DNA of 64,000 bases from Limnohabitans sp. (GCF_040401135.1 NZ_JBBAOV010000005.1:12800-76799); one strand, 5' to 3'; positions 33,364-45,569 are shown, counted from the stretch's first letter. Translations and numbers: made by a program. Notes: a model not told the origin generated them from the letters alone.

Positions 33364-34337
33364 TGTCTCAGTTGCATAAATTTTTGTTTGATGGCTTGCC
33401 TGTGCGCGGCATGCTGGTGCAGCTCACTGATGTGTGGCAAGAGGTGCTTAAGCGCCGCGCAGCCAACGTGGAAACCGGCCCCTATGCTCAGCCCGTGCGC
33501 CATTTGTTGGGTGAGATGACAGCGGCTGCGGTGTTGATGCAATCGAACATCAAATTTAACGGCGCTTTGGTGATGCAAATTTTCGGTGACGGCCCCTTGA
33601 AGTTGGCCGTGGTTGAAGTCAATCCAAATTTAAGCTTGCGTGCCACGGCCAAAGTGGTGGGCGATTTGGGTGACGCCAGCACCTTGCCCGAGATGGTCAA
33701 CGTCCACAATGAAGGCCGTTGCGCCATCACGCTCGATCCGCTTAATAAAATGCCAGGTCAGCAGGCCTATCAAGGCGTGGTGCCTTTGTTTGACGATCAC
33801 CGCAACAAGCTCGATAAATTCAGCGATGTGTTGCAGCACTACATGCTGCAAAGCGAGCAGCTCGACACCACCTTGGTGCTGGCTGCCAATGACACCACGG
33901 CCGCTGGCTTGTTGATTCAGCGCCTTCCCGTCAAAGGCGAAGGCAACTTGGCCGCCAAAGCGACCCTAGAAGACGAAGATGAAATTGGTCGTAACGAAGA
34001 CTACAACCGCATCTCCATCTTGGCCTCCAGTTTGACAGCCGATGAGTTGTTGAGCTTGGATGTTGAAACCATTTTGCGCCGACTGTTTTGGGAAGAAAAA
34101 CTGGTGCGCTTTGAGCCACTCACACCCAGTTTTGCCTGCTCATGCAGCCGTGAGCGTGTAAGCAACATGATTCGCAGCTTGGGTACCGAAGAGGTGGAAA
34201 GCATCTTGGCCGAGCGCGGCGAGGTGGAGGTAGGCTGCGATTTTTGTGGCGAACAATATCGCTACGACGCGGTGGATGCGGCGCAAATCTTCACTGGCAC
34301 ACCCACGCCACCGCCAGCCCCTTCATCATTGCAATAA
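33363..34337 (+). CDS. hslO: Redox-regulated chaperone Hsp33
   Basis: About 324 aa. C-terminal zinc centre CSCSRERV...CDFCGEQY is diagnostic. TGATG overlap with the preceding gene. Confidence 0.9.
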   Translation: MSQLHKFLFDGLPVRGMLVQLTDVWQEVLKRRAANVETGPYAQPVRHLLGEMTAAAVLMQSNIKFNGALVMQIFGDGPLKLAVVEVNPNLSLRATAKVVGDLGDASTLPEMVNVHNEGRCAITLDPLNKMPGQQAYQGVVPLFDDHRNKLDKFSDVLQHYMLQSEQLDTTLVLAANDTTAAGLLIQRLPVKGEGNLAAKATLEDEDEIGRNEDYNRISILASSLTADELLSLDVETILRRLFWEEKLVRFEPLTPSFACSCSRERVSNMIRSLGTEEVESILAERGEVEVGCDFCGEQYRYDAVDAAQIFTGTPTPPPAPSSLQ

Positions 34338-34343
34338 AACGGT

Positions 34344-34979
34344 TCAGCCTTTGACCAGGCTGCTGAATAAGCGGTGTTCACAGTCGCCGTCGCCGCAACT
34401 CTCGCAGGGGCCGCTCCAGCGTAAGGGCGGCTCGGGGCGTTCCAGCTGCTTGGCCAAATGCGGTGCTTGGCAGGCAATGCAAAACAAAGCGTTTTCTAAG
34501 CGCTGCTCGCCTGTGCCGTACACCACTTGATATGTCAAATTGGCTTGTGCCAAAAGCTGTCTGATTTTTTGGTCGACGGGTTCGCGCACATGCGCCCCCA
34601 CGCGCTGCAACCCATCGCTGACCCAAGCCAGGTCTAGCCCCATGAGCAAGGTGATATCAAACAGCGCTTGCTGCTGCAAGGCGCAGACATCTAAGCTGTG
34701 GTCGTCAAACACCATCTGGCTGTAAACCGCCGTCATGAGTGGTGTGGTGTCTGCAATGACGACCGCCCCTGCTGGCGTGGCCAAGACGCGAGCCATTTGC
34801 GTTTGAGCAATGTGGTGTTGTTCTGCTTGGGTGGGTGTGCGGTTTTCAATGTCGCACCATTCGCGCAGATATTCATCCACACGATGCACCCGTAAACCCG
34901 ATTGCTGCAAACGTGCACTGAGTTTCAAAGCCAATTGCGATTTGCCTGTGCTTTCAGCGCCTAGCAGAGCGATCTTCAT
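34344..34979 (-). CDS. P-loop AAA_28 / NadR-type (ribosylnicotinamide kinase-like) ATPase with Cys-rich tail
   Basis: Trimmed to ATG 34979 (ATGA overlap with the pnuC stop). MKIALLGAESTGKS Walker A. C-terminal C-x2-C...C-x2-C-x4-C-x-H. Kinase activity inferred from pnuC linkage. Confidence 0.65.
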   Translation of the reverse strand: MKIALLGAESTGKSQLALKLSARLQQSGLRVHRVDEYLREWCDIENRTPTQAEQHHIAQTQMARVLATPAGAVVIADTTPLMTAVYSQMVFDDHSLDVCALQQQALFDITLLMGLDLAWVSDGLQRVGAHVREPVDQKIRQLLAQANLTYQVVYGTGEQRLENALFCIACQAPHLAKQLERPEPPLRWSGPCESCGDGDCEHRLFSSLVKG

Positions 34980-35587
34980 GCTGCTTCCAGTTTGATGTGC
35001 TTGGCCCATGTGCGCCAGCCTACGGCACTGAGCGCAATGAACACAAGGTAGAGAAGGGTGGTGAGCCACAAGCCTTTCCAAGCGAAAAGTCCTGCGGCCA
35101 CGATGTTGACTGCGATCCAAACCACCCAGTTTTCTAGGCGTTTGTAAGCCAATAAATATTGCCCCACTAAGCTAAACGCGGAGGGAAAGGCGTCCCACCA
35201 AGGCACATCACTGTCGGTGAAGTTTTGTAATACGCCACCTGTGGCGAGCCAAAGTAAGGTGCCCATCCACGCTAAGGTGAAGCGTTGGTCAACAGGCATG
35301 CGCGTGACGGGTAAGGGAGCACCTTCCACGCCGCGCATCCATACTGACCAGCCCCAGAGTGCCAACACAATGAACACCACTTGAAGAAGGGCCTCGCCAT
35401 ACAGGCGTTGGCTCCAAAACAAAAAGAAATACAGCACCGAACTGATAGCGGCCAAAGGCCAGCCCCAATGCAATTCGACGATGTTGCACACAATCATCGC
35501 GAAGGCCAGCAGTACGGCGATGAGTTCAAGCCAAGAGGTGTCGGTACCCCAGAGGGTGAAGGCGGGTGAGAAAAGGAGTTCTGTCAC
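34976..35587 (-). CDS. pnuC: Nicotinamide riboside transporter PnuC
   Basis: 203 aa, 7-TM-like. WLELIAVLLAFAMIVCNIVELHWGWPL N-terminus typical of PnuC. GTG start overlaps the ftsB stop (GTGA). Confidence 0.85.
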   Translation of the reverse strand: MTELLFSPAFTLWGTDTSWLELIAVLLAFAMIVCNIVELHWGWPLAAISSVLYFFLFWSQRLYGEALLQVVFIVLALWGWSVWMRGVEGAPLPVTRMPVDQRFTLAWMGTLLWLATGGVLQNFTDSDVPWWDAFPSAFSLVGQYLLAYKRLENWVVWIAVNIVAAGLFAWKGLWLTTLLYLVFIALSAVGWRTWAKHIKLEAA

Positions 35588-35856
35588 TTCGCAATTTGCA
35601 CGAAGACTTCGTTCGGCTTGACCATGCCGATTTCAGATCGGGCGCGCTCTTCGACCATTTCTAGGCCGTCTTTGAGGTCGTGTAGTTCGGCGCTGAGGCG
35701 ATCGTTGGCCAACTGCGCAGCAGCGTTTTGCTGCTTTTGATCATTCAGGGTCTGACGCAAACGCATGACGTCAGGAAGGCTGCCCCGACCCAACCACAGC
35801 TGGCCCTGCAGCACAAGCAGCAGGGCAATTAGCACGAGGTGGAGTGGACGCAGCAT
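35584..35856 (-). CDS. ftsB: Cell division protein FtsB
   Basis: 90 aa. N-terminal TM followed by a coiled coil. Conserved position downstream of eno. Confidence 0.88.
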   Translation of the reverse strand: MLRPLHLVLIALLLVLQGQLWLGRGSLPDVMRLRQTLNDQKQQNAAAQLANDRLSAELHDLKDGLEMVEERARSEIGMVKPNEVFVQIAK

Positions 35857-35882
35857 GAACCTGTTTGATGTGTGTGAGGGGA

Positions 35883-37181
<1,299 letters not shown>

Positions 37182-37219
37182 TCAAGTTTTAAATGGGTTG
37201 AAGTCTGTGTGCGTGGCAC

Positions 37220-38077
37220 TCAGGCTTCAAAGTTGTTTTCTAAGAAGGGATGTTTTTTGGTCACCGCATCGAGCTCGACCAGGGTTTCTAACAAAGCTTT
37301 CATCTTGCCCAAGGGCACGGCGTTCGGGCCGTCCGACCAAGCGTCCGAGGGGTGAGGGTGGGTTTCCATGAATAAGCCAGCGACACCTGCAGCCACGCCT
37401 GCGCGGGCCAACACAGGCACCATCTCGCGAGCGCCGCCACTGACCGTGCCTTGGCCGCCTGGCTTTTGAACCGAGTGGGTCACGTCAAACACCACAGGGG
37501 CGCCAGTTTTTCGCATCTCAGCCAAGCTGGTCATGTCGGCCACGAGGTTGTTGTAGCCAAAGCTCACGCCGCGTTCGCAGGCCAAGAAGTTGTCTTCGGG
37601 TAGGCCAGCTTCGCGAGCAGCGTCGCGGGCTTTGTCGATGACGTTTTTCATGTCCCAAGGAGCCAAGAACTGGCCTTTCTTGATGTTCACCGGCTTGCCT
37701 GATTGCGCTACGGCGCGAATGAAGTCGGTTTGGCGGCACAAGAAGGCGGGCGTTTGCAACACATCGACCACGTTGGCCACGGTGGCGACTTGCGACGCTT
37801 CATGCACATCGGTGAGGATGGGCAGGTGAAGTTGGCGACGCACTTCGTCGAGGATCTTCAACCCCGCTTCCATGCCCACTCCGCGCATGGTGCTGCCAGA
37901 CGAACGGTTGGCTTTGTCGAACGAGCCTTTGTAGATCAAGGGGATGCCCAAGCCAGAGCAGATTTCTTTCAGCTGTCCTGCCACGTCGATGGACATTTCC
38001 AAACCTTCAATCGAGCACGTGCCTGCGATCAAAAAGAAGGGTTGGTTCAGGCCAACGTCAAATCCGCAAAGTTTCAT
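37220..38077 (-). CDS. kdsA: 3-deoxy-8-phosphooctulonate synthase
   Basis: 285 aa. [11 protein letters not shown]-type motif ([11 protein letters not shown]) and DVTHSVQ. Confidence 0.95.
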   Translation of the reverse strand: MKLCGFDVGLNQPFFLIAGTCSIEGLEMSIDVAGQLKEICSGLGIPLIYKGSFDKANRSSGSTMRGVGMEAGLKILDEVRRQLHLPILTDVHEASQVATVANVVDVLQTPAFLCRQTDFIRAVAQSGKPVNIKKGQFLAPWDMKNVIDKARDAAREAGLPEDNFLACERGVSFGYNNLVADMTSLAEMRKTGAPVVFDVTHSVQKPGGQGTVSGGAREMVPVLARAGVAAGVAGLFMETHPHPSDAWSDGPNAVPLGKMKALLETLVELDAVTKKHPFLENNFEA

Positions 38078-38099
38078 GGTGTGTCCTGTCTTCTCAAAG

Positions 38100-39794
<1,695 letters not shown>

Positions 39795-39822
39795 TTATAG
39801 GCGCTCTGCTACATTGCGAAGC

Positions 39823-41052
39823 ATGTCTGATCTGTCAAATAAGCACATTGTTTTGGGTTTGAGTGGTGGCATCGCTTGCTACAAAGCGGCTGAGTTGTGC
39901 CGTGCCTTGTTAAAAGCTGGGGCCTCGGTTCAGGTGGTGATGACGGAGCCTGCAGCTCAGTTTATGACACCGGTGACCATGCAAGCCTTGTCAAATCGCC
40001 CGGTGTACGTCTCGCAATGGGATGCGCGTGAGCCCAACAACATGGCGCACATCAACCTAAGCCGCGAGGCCGACGCCATTGTGGTGGCCCCCGCCAGTGC
40101 CGACTTTATGGCCAAACTTTTGCACGGGCGTGCTGACGATTTGCTGAGCCTCATGTGCTTGGCTCGTCCCATAGAGCGCGTGCCTTTGATTTTGGCGCCC
40201 GCCATGAACCGAGAAATGTGGATTCACCCCGCTACTCAGCGCAACATGGCTCAGCTCACTTCGGACGGCGCGCATGTGCTGGATGTGGGGCAAGGCGAGC
40301 AAGCCTGTGGTGAAACCGGCGATGGCCGCATGCTAGAGCCCGATGAAATTTTGGAAGACTTGATTACTTTCTTCCAACCTAAAGTTTTGTTAGGCCAGCA
40401 TGTGCTGGTCACGGCTGGCCCCACTTACGAGGCGATTGACCCCGTGCGCGGCATCACCAATTTGTCAAGCGGGAAGATGGGCTTCGCCATTGCCCGAGCA
40501 GCGCGTGAAGCAGGGGCAGAGGTGACCTTGGTTGCAGGCCCTGTGCATTTGCCCACACCTCGTGGCGTGCATCGCGTGGATGTGCTATCGGCCTTGGACA
40601 TGCAAGCTGCTGTGGTCAATCATGTCGATGCTGCCTCTGTGTTTGTGGCCACGGCTGCCGTGGCCGACTGGCGCGTGGCCGATGTGGCGGGGCAAAAGAT
40701 CAAAAAAGAGGGTGCTGGTGGTATGGCAAGTTCGGTGCCTCAACTCAATTTTTTAGAAAACCCTGACATCTTGGCTGAAGTGTCTCATTCGCCCCGCGCC
40801 CAAAGTGGCGCTTTGTATTGCGTGGGTTTTGCAGCTGAAAGTCATGATTTACTCAAACACACCACCGCCAAACGCGAGCGCAAAGGCGTGCCATTGTTGG
40901 TGGGAAATATTGGGCCTGCAACCTTTGGTTTGGACAGCAACGCTTTGTTGCTGGTCGATGCCCAAGGCAGTCAAGAACTTCCGCATGCCAGCAAGCTCAT
41001 GCTCGCGCGGCAGTTGGTGGCCGAGATCGCGCGTCGATTAAAGGGCGCTTGA
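39823..41052 (+). CDS. coaBC: Bifunctional phosphopantothenoylcysteine decarboxylase / synthetase
   Basis: Trimmed from 39637 (that extension is antisense to pyrG) to ATG 39823. HIVLGLSGGIACYKAAELCR flavoprotein N-terminus. 409 aa. Confidence 0.93.
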   Translation: MSDLSNKHIVLGLSGGIACYKAAELCRALLKAGASVQVVMTEPAAQFMTPVTMQALSNRPVYVSQWDAREPNNMAHINLSREADAIVVAPASADFMAKLLHGRADDLLSLMCLARPIERVPLILAPAMNREMWIHPATQRNMAQLTSDGAHVLDVGQGEQACGETGDGRMLEPDEILEDLITFFQPKVLLGQHVLVTAGPTYEAIDPVRGITNLSSGKMGFAIARAAREAGAEVTLVAGPVHLPTPRGVHRVDVLSALDMQAAVVNHVDAASVFVATAAVADWRVADVAGQKIKKEGAGGMASSVPQLNFLENPDILAEVSHSPRAQSGALYCVGFAAESHDLLKHTTAKRERKGVPLLVGNIGPATFGLDSNALLLVDAQGSQELPHASKLMLARQLVAEIARRLKGA

Positions 41053-41137
41053 TTTCGTCGACTGATTTGACCCATCGCGTGCTGCCAATAGTCACATTTT
41101 TAATTTTCATCACTCATTAATTTCAACTGAATCAACA

Positions 41138-41587
41138 ATGAAACTCGACGTCAAAATTCTCGACCCCCGCATGGCCGATCAACTGCCGCACTACGCCACG
41201 CCAGGTAGTGCGGGTCTCGATTTGCGTGCCTGCTTGGATGCGCCCATGACGCTCGAGCCCAACGCGTGGCAATTGGTGCCAACGGGAATTGCTATTCATT
41301 TGGCTGATCCAGCTTATGCCGCGCTCATCTTGCCCCGCTCTGGACTTGGTCACAAACATGGCATCGTGCTGGGAAACCTGGTGGGCTTGATAGACAGCGA
41401 TTACCAAGGCCAGCTGATGGTTAGTGCTTGGAACCGCAGCGATGTTGCTTTTACGTTGGAACCTATGGAGCGATTGGCTCAGCTGGTCATCGTGCCCGTG
41501 GTGCAAGCCCAGTTCAACGTGGTGACCGAGTTTGCTGCGCCCACCGAGCGCGGAGAGGGCGGTTACGGCTCAACAGGTAAAAAGTAA
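41138..41587 (+). CDS. dut: dUTP diphosphatase
   Basis: 149 aa. [28 protein letters not shown] and [12 protein letters not shown] motifs. Confidence 0.95.
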   Translation: MKLDVKILDPRMADQLPHYATPGSAGLDLRACLDAPMTLEPNAWQLVPTGIAIHLADPAYAALILPRSGLGHKHGIVLGNLVGLIDSDYQGQLMVSAWNRSDVAFTLEPMERLAQLVIVPVVQAQFNVVTEFAAPTERGEGGYGSTGKK

Positions 41588-41593
41588 ATGCTT

Positions 41594-42118
41594 TCAGTGC
41601 AACAAATCGTTGCCGGGCGCTTGCGCTTCAATCTTGAAAAAGCCTGTGCCCAAAGTGCCACGATCTAGCTCGTCTTTTGTAGCTTCGCGAACCGATTGCA
41701 CATCGAGGTGAATGCGAATTGCAATGCCTGCCAGCGGGTGGTTGCCGTCTAGCACCACATGTTCGGGGTAGAGCTCGGTCACGGTGTAGAGCAAGTCTTG
41801 GGGCGCATCAGGGTTGCAGCCGTTGGGCAGCGCGTGGCCCTCAACGGTGTGGCCCTCTTCCAGCTCCTTGGGAAAACGTTCACGCGCTTCTAAAAATACC
41901 AAGTTTTCGTCATAGTCGCCAAAGGCTTCTTCGGGTTCAAGTTGCAAGTCGAGATGGTCACCCACACTGTGGCCTTGAAGGGATTCTTCAATCTTGGCAA
42001 GCAAGTCGTCGCCTCCCACCAAAAATTCGACGGGGCTGTCCAATTCGTCTAGCACCTCGCCCAAAGTGTCTTTCAGGGTCCAGGTCAAGCCGACCACGCA
42101 GTGTTGTGTAATTTTCAT
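41594..42118 (-). CDS. slyD: FKBP-type peptidyl-prolyl isomerase, SlyD-like
   Basis: Trimmed to ATG 42118. 174 aa. VGLTWTLKD...FLVGGDDLLAKIEESLQG and the inserted-flap region are typical. No His-rich tail. Confidence 0.8.
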   Translation of the reverse strand: MKITQHCVVGLTWTLKDTLGEVLDELDSPVEFLVGGDDLLAKIEESLQGHSVGDHLDLQLEPEEAFGDYDENLVFLEARERFPKELEEGHTVEGHALPNGCNPDAPQDLLYTVTELYPEHVVLDGNHPLAGIAIRIHLDVQSVREATKDELDRGTLGTGFFKIEAQAPGNDLLH

Positions 42119-42137
42119 AAGGCAAAATTGTCTCACG

Positions 42138-43268
42138 ATGCATGTGACCACCCCCCTGACCCTGCTCGGCGGCATCAGCCCCGCCGAATTTATGACCACG
42201 TATTGGCAGCGCAAGCCCTTGTTGGTGCGTCAAGCCATTCCTGAATTCAAGCCTTTGCTGAGTCGCCCCGAGTTGTTTGAGTTAGCACAGAAAAACGAGG
42301 TTGAATCTCGTCTGGTGATGGGGACCAATGGCGGTCAACGTGACTGGCAAATGCAACGCGGCCCGTTCAAGCGCCGCGCTATCCCCAAGCTTACTGAGCG
42401 TGACTGGACCTTGCTGGTGCAAGGTGTGGATTTGCACGATGACCGAGTGGCTGATTTGATGGCTCAATTCCGTTTCATCCCAGACGCCCGTCTAGATGAT
42501 GTGATGATCAGCTACGCCACCCAAGGCGGCGGCGTGGGCCCCCACTTTGACAGCTATGACGTTTTTTTGCTGCAAGCCCATGGCCAACGTCGTTGGCGCA
42601 TTGGTCGACAAAAAGACTTGTCGCTGGTGCCTGACATGCCATTGAAAATCTTGGCCAACTTCAAGCCTGAGTTTGACTGGGTACTCAACCCTGGCGATAT
42701 GCTTTATTTGCCCCCGCGCTATGCCCACGACGGCATTGCCCAAGATGAATGTATGACTTACTCGGTGGGCTTTCGTGTGCCACAAACCGGCGATTTGGCC
42801 CGTGAGTTGTTGGTTCGCCTGAGCGAAGGGGCTGAGGACACTGCGGGTTGTGATTTGTACAAAGACTCAATGCAGCCCGCAGTGTCCAACCCTGCAGAAA
42901 TGCCTCAAGGTTTAACTGAATTTGCCGTATCAGCCCTCCAAAAGTCATTAAAAGACCCGAAATCGTTGCAGCGTGCCCTGGGTGAATATCTAACAGAACC
43001 CAAGGCAAATGTGTGGTTTGAAATCGGTGATGCACCCAATCAGCTAAGGTCTGTGCGTTTAGACCGGCGAAGCAAGATGATGTATGACGCGCACCATATT
43101 TTTTTGAACGGCGAAAGCTGGCGCGCAGGCGGTAAAGATGCAGCTTTGTTGCGTCAGTTGGCCAATCAACGTGCTTTAAGTTCTAACGATCTTGCCAAAG
43201 CCAGTCCCGAGGCGATGGGTTTGCTGTTTGAATGGTGTGACGATGGTTGGCTCCATTCTGGTGCATAA
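42138..43268 (+). CDS. JmjC/cupin oxygenase, RoxA (YcfD)-like ribosomal protein hydroxylase
   Basis: Trimmed to ATG 42138. 376 aa. GVGPHFDSYDVFLLQAHGQRRWRIG carries the HxD of the 2-His-1-carboxylate facial triad. Size matches YcfD-type proteins. Confidence 0.78.
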   Translation: MHVTTPLTLLGGISPAEFMTTYWQRKPLLVRQAIPEFKPLLSRPELFELAQKNEVESRLVMGTNGGQRDWQMQRGPFKRRAIPKLTERDWTLLVQGVDLHDDRVADLMAQFRFIPDARLDDVMISYATQGGGVGPHFDSYDVFLLQAHGQRRWRIGRQKDLSLVPDMPLKILANFKPEFDWVLNPGDMLYLPPRYAHDGIAQDECMTYSVGFRVPQTGDLARELLVRLSEGAEDTAGCDLYKDSMQPAVSNPAEMPQGLTEFAVSALQKSLKDPKSLQRALGEYLTEPKANVWFEIGDAPNQLRSVRLDRRSKMMYDAHHIFLNGESWRAGGKDAALLRQLANQRALSSNDLAKASPEAMGLLFEWCDDGWLHSGA

Positions 43269-43429
43269 AGTCGTATAAATCGACGCTCGGCTGACGAAGA
43301 AGTGTGTGACAGCTAGGAATTACCCTATAATTTCGGACTAAGTTGGGGGCTCGAATCCATCAGCTTGGTTGTGGTGAAAACCACCTCAATTTCCGGAAAT
43401 TGTTTTAATCCCCTTTAAGGAAAATTCTC

Positions 43430-43606
43430 ATGAACAAGTCAATTCTGTTGGCATCTTTGTTGGCTGCTGCCGCTCTCGTCGCTTGCGGCAAAAAAGAAGC
43501 TCCTGCTGTGGAAGCCGCTCCTGCTGCCGCTTCTGCCGCTGTGGAACCCGCTTCTGCTGTGGCTTCTGAAGCCGTTGCACCAGCTTCTGACGCTGCCAGC
43601 AAGTAA
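43430..43606 (+). CDS. 58-aa Ala/Pro/Ser/Glu-rich lipoprotein (below the ORF-track size cut-off)
   Basis: Hand translation: MNKSILLASLLAAAALVACGKKEAPAVEAAPAAASAAVEPASAVASEAVAPASDAASK. It has a lipobox (LVAC), AAGGAAA 8 nt upstream of the ATG, and its own terminator downstream. Confidence 0.6.
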   Translation: MNKSILLASLLAAAALVACGKKEAPAVEAAPAAASAAVEPASAVASEAVAPASDAASK

Positions 43607-43627
43607 TCAGTTTCCGAACTGAATGCG

Positions 43628-43653
43628 AAAGCCACCCCATGGGTGGCTTTTTT
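43628..43653 (+). terminator. Intrinsic terminator of the mini-lipoprotein gene
   Basis: AAAGCCACCC-cat-GGGTGGCTTT followed by TTT. Confidence 0.65.
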
Positions 43654-43675
43654 ATGGGCGCTTCAAATTTTTTGC

Positions 43676-44461
43676 TTAAACGCTAATCCAGACAGAGCCC
43701 GTTAGCGGGTCGGCGACATCGATGTCTATGGGCTTACAGCCCAAGGCTTCGCTTAGGCTTGCACGGGCCAAGGAGGGTGTGTTGTTTCGTTCACTCAAGT
43801 GCGCAGCCAGCACGTAACTGAGCTGGTCATGTTTGACGCGACCCAGCAGCTCAGCGGCTGCATGGTTGGATAAATGCCCCCACGGGCCTGCTACCCGTTG
43901 TTTTAAAAAACTGGGGTAGTTTGAAGCCGTCAACATCTCAGCGTCGTGGTTGGCTTCAAGCAGCAGCGAGTGGCAGCCCTGCAAAGCATCCACGACATGA
44001 GAAGATGGATGACCCAAATCGGTCGCAATTCCCAAATGCCGTTGGCCGTCGGAGCAGCGCAGCTGCAAGGGCTCGCGAGCGTCGTGGGGGACGGTGAAGG
44101 GCAGAGCTAGTAAAGGGCCTAATTCAATCGCGCAGCCATCTCTTGCTATGTTTAGCAAATGTTGGTGCTGTGTCCAAGCCGCGTCACTCACGGCCAGCCA
44201 AGTGCCTTGGCTCATCCAAAGGGGTGTGGCATATCGCTTAACAAAGCTACGCGCGCAGCCAATGTGGTCGCCATGTTCATGGGTGATAAAAATGGCACTC
44301 AGGTCCTCGGCACAGGTGCCCGCCTCGATCAAGCGTGTTTCAAGATCGCCTAGCCGTAAGCCGCAATCGATGAGCAAACGGGTGTTGTGCATGCCGCTTT
44401 GGGCTTCAACTAAAGTGGCATTGCCTGAACTGCCACTACCCAGGCTTTTAAAGCGCAGCAC
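43676..44461 (-). CDS. MBL-fold metallo-hydrolase
   Basis: 261 aa with a GTG start. THEHGDH (HxHxDH) motif. Confidence 0.85.
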   Translation of the reverse strand: MLRFKSLGSGSSGNATLVEAQSGMHNTRLLIDCGLRLGDLETRLIEAGTCAEDLSAIFITHEHGDHIGCARSFVKRYATPLWMSQGTWLAVSDAAWTQHQHLLNIARDGCAIELGPLLALPFTVPHDAREPLQLRCSDGQRHLGIATDLGHPSSHVVDALQGCHSLLLEANHDAEMLTASNYPSFLKQRVAGPWGHLSNHAAAELLGRVKHDQLSYVLAAHLSERNNTPSLARASLSEALGCKPIDIDVADPLTGSVWISV

Positions 44462-44472
44462 GGCGCAATTTC

Positions 44473-44500
44473 ATGATCTGCGCAGGTCAGCGCAGATCAT
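44473..44500 (-). other. Perfect 11-bp stem hairpin spanning the bamC stop codon
   Basis: ATGATCTGCGC-aggtca-GCGCAGATCAT. One arm encodes the last bamC codons; the other lies 12 nt upstream of the MBL hydrolase GTG. No T-run. Confidence 0.4.
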
Positions 44501-45569
44501 CAGCCATCAACTTCAAGATGCGCTGTGAAACCGGGCTGTTTTCAGTGGCTCCCGCTGCATTTTGTACTGTGACTTCTGTTGCATTGCCTGAATTGCTAAC
44601 AGCGATTCGGTACTTGACAGGCCCTGTTTCAGACTTTGAGCTGCTAAACATCTTGCCAAAGAAGCCTTTTTCGTCTTTAGAGGCGCTGTCCACGTAACGC
44701 ACAAAGTAAACGCCTTGGGCTCGGTCACGGTCTTCCACGGTAAAACCTGTGCGGTCTAAGGCCAAACCTACGCGACGCCATGCCACATCAAATGTGTCGG
44801 GGATGTTCAGCAGCGTGGCGTCACTCCGGGTGATCAAGGTGGCTTTGTTAGCGACAACTTCTTGTGCAGTGATGTTTGTTTTAGCTTGCTCGGCGGAGAC
44901 ACCGAGTTTGATCATCAAACGACTCAAAAACTCAGCTTCCAATCCGGAATCGCTGGGGCGAGGCGCCCAAATCGTGCCGGTTTTTGATTGGTCTTTGTAT
45001 TCTTCGCTCATGCCACGGTGGCTGATGAAGATGTCGACACCGCCGGTGCTGTTGCGTTCGATGCGGGTGCGGAACTTGTCACGCTCACCAGAAGAATACA
45101 AGCCGTCCAGCACTTTGCCCAATGACCGACGGATGAAGTCTTGCGGAATCTTGGCGCGGTTCTCGGCCCATTCGGTTTCGAGCAAGCCGAGTTGTTGTTG
45201 CTCGATCACATATTCGAAACCGTTTTCTTTCCAAAAACCTTGAACGATGGGCCACACAGCGTCGGCAGAGCGGTTCACCACCAACCAACGTTGTTTGCCA
45301 TCGCGTTCAATGCGCACGTCATTCACCTGTTTGGCGGCAGTTGTTGCTACGGCTTGAGCTGGACGCACCCCCATGGCGCTGGCGGTTACTGGGCCGCCGG
45401 GCACTGCATAGCGGGTATCGCGCGTAAGTTGAGTTAAATCTGGCGGAATGTCTAGCGGCACCACCTTGGTGCCGCCTTCGGTTTTGTAGTTGACTTTGTC
45501 GCCGTCCATGATGGAGGAGCAAGCGCTGAGCAACACAAGAGTGGTCAGAGCAATTGTTGCGCGATTCAT
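44487..45569 (-). CDS. bamC: Outer membrane protein assembly factor BamC (NlpB-type lipoprotein)
   Basis: Trimmed to ATG 45569. MNRATIALTTLVLLSAC lipobox and PLDIPPDLTQL motif. Conserved dapA-bamC linkage. Confidence 0.78.
   Translation of the reverse strand: MNRATIALTTLVLLSACSSIMDGDKVNYKTEGGTKVVPLDIPPDLTQLTRDTRYAVPGGPVTASAMGVRPAQAVATTAAKQVNDVRIERDGKQRWLVVNRSADAVWPIVQGFWKENGFEYVIEQQQLGLLETEWAENRAKIPQDFIRRSLGKVLDGLYSSGERDKFRTRIERNSTGGVDIFISHRGMSEEYKDQSKTGTIWAPRPSDSGLEAEFLSRLMIKLGVSAEQAKTNITAQEVVANKATLITRSDATLLNIPDTFDVAWRRVGLALDRTGFTVEDRDRAQGVYFVRYVDSASKDEKGFFGKMFSSSKSETGPVKYRIAVSNSGNATEVTVQNAAGATENSPVSQRILKLMADDLR

Noticed and set aside
43345-43358. GGGGGCTCGAATCC, reminiscent of a tRNA T-arm (GGTTCGAATCC), which could mark a tRNA fragment or island att site
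   Set aside because: The flanking bases cannot form a T-stem (GGGGG versus CCATC) or an acceptor stem. There is no CCA context, no matching repeat elsewhere in the window, and no integrase nearby.
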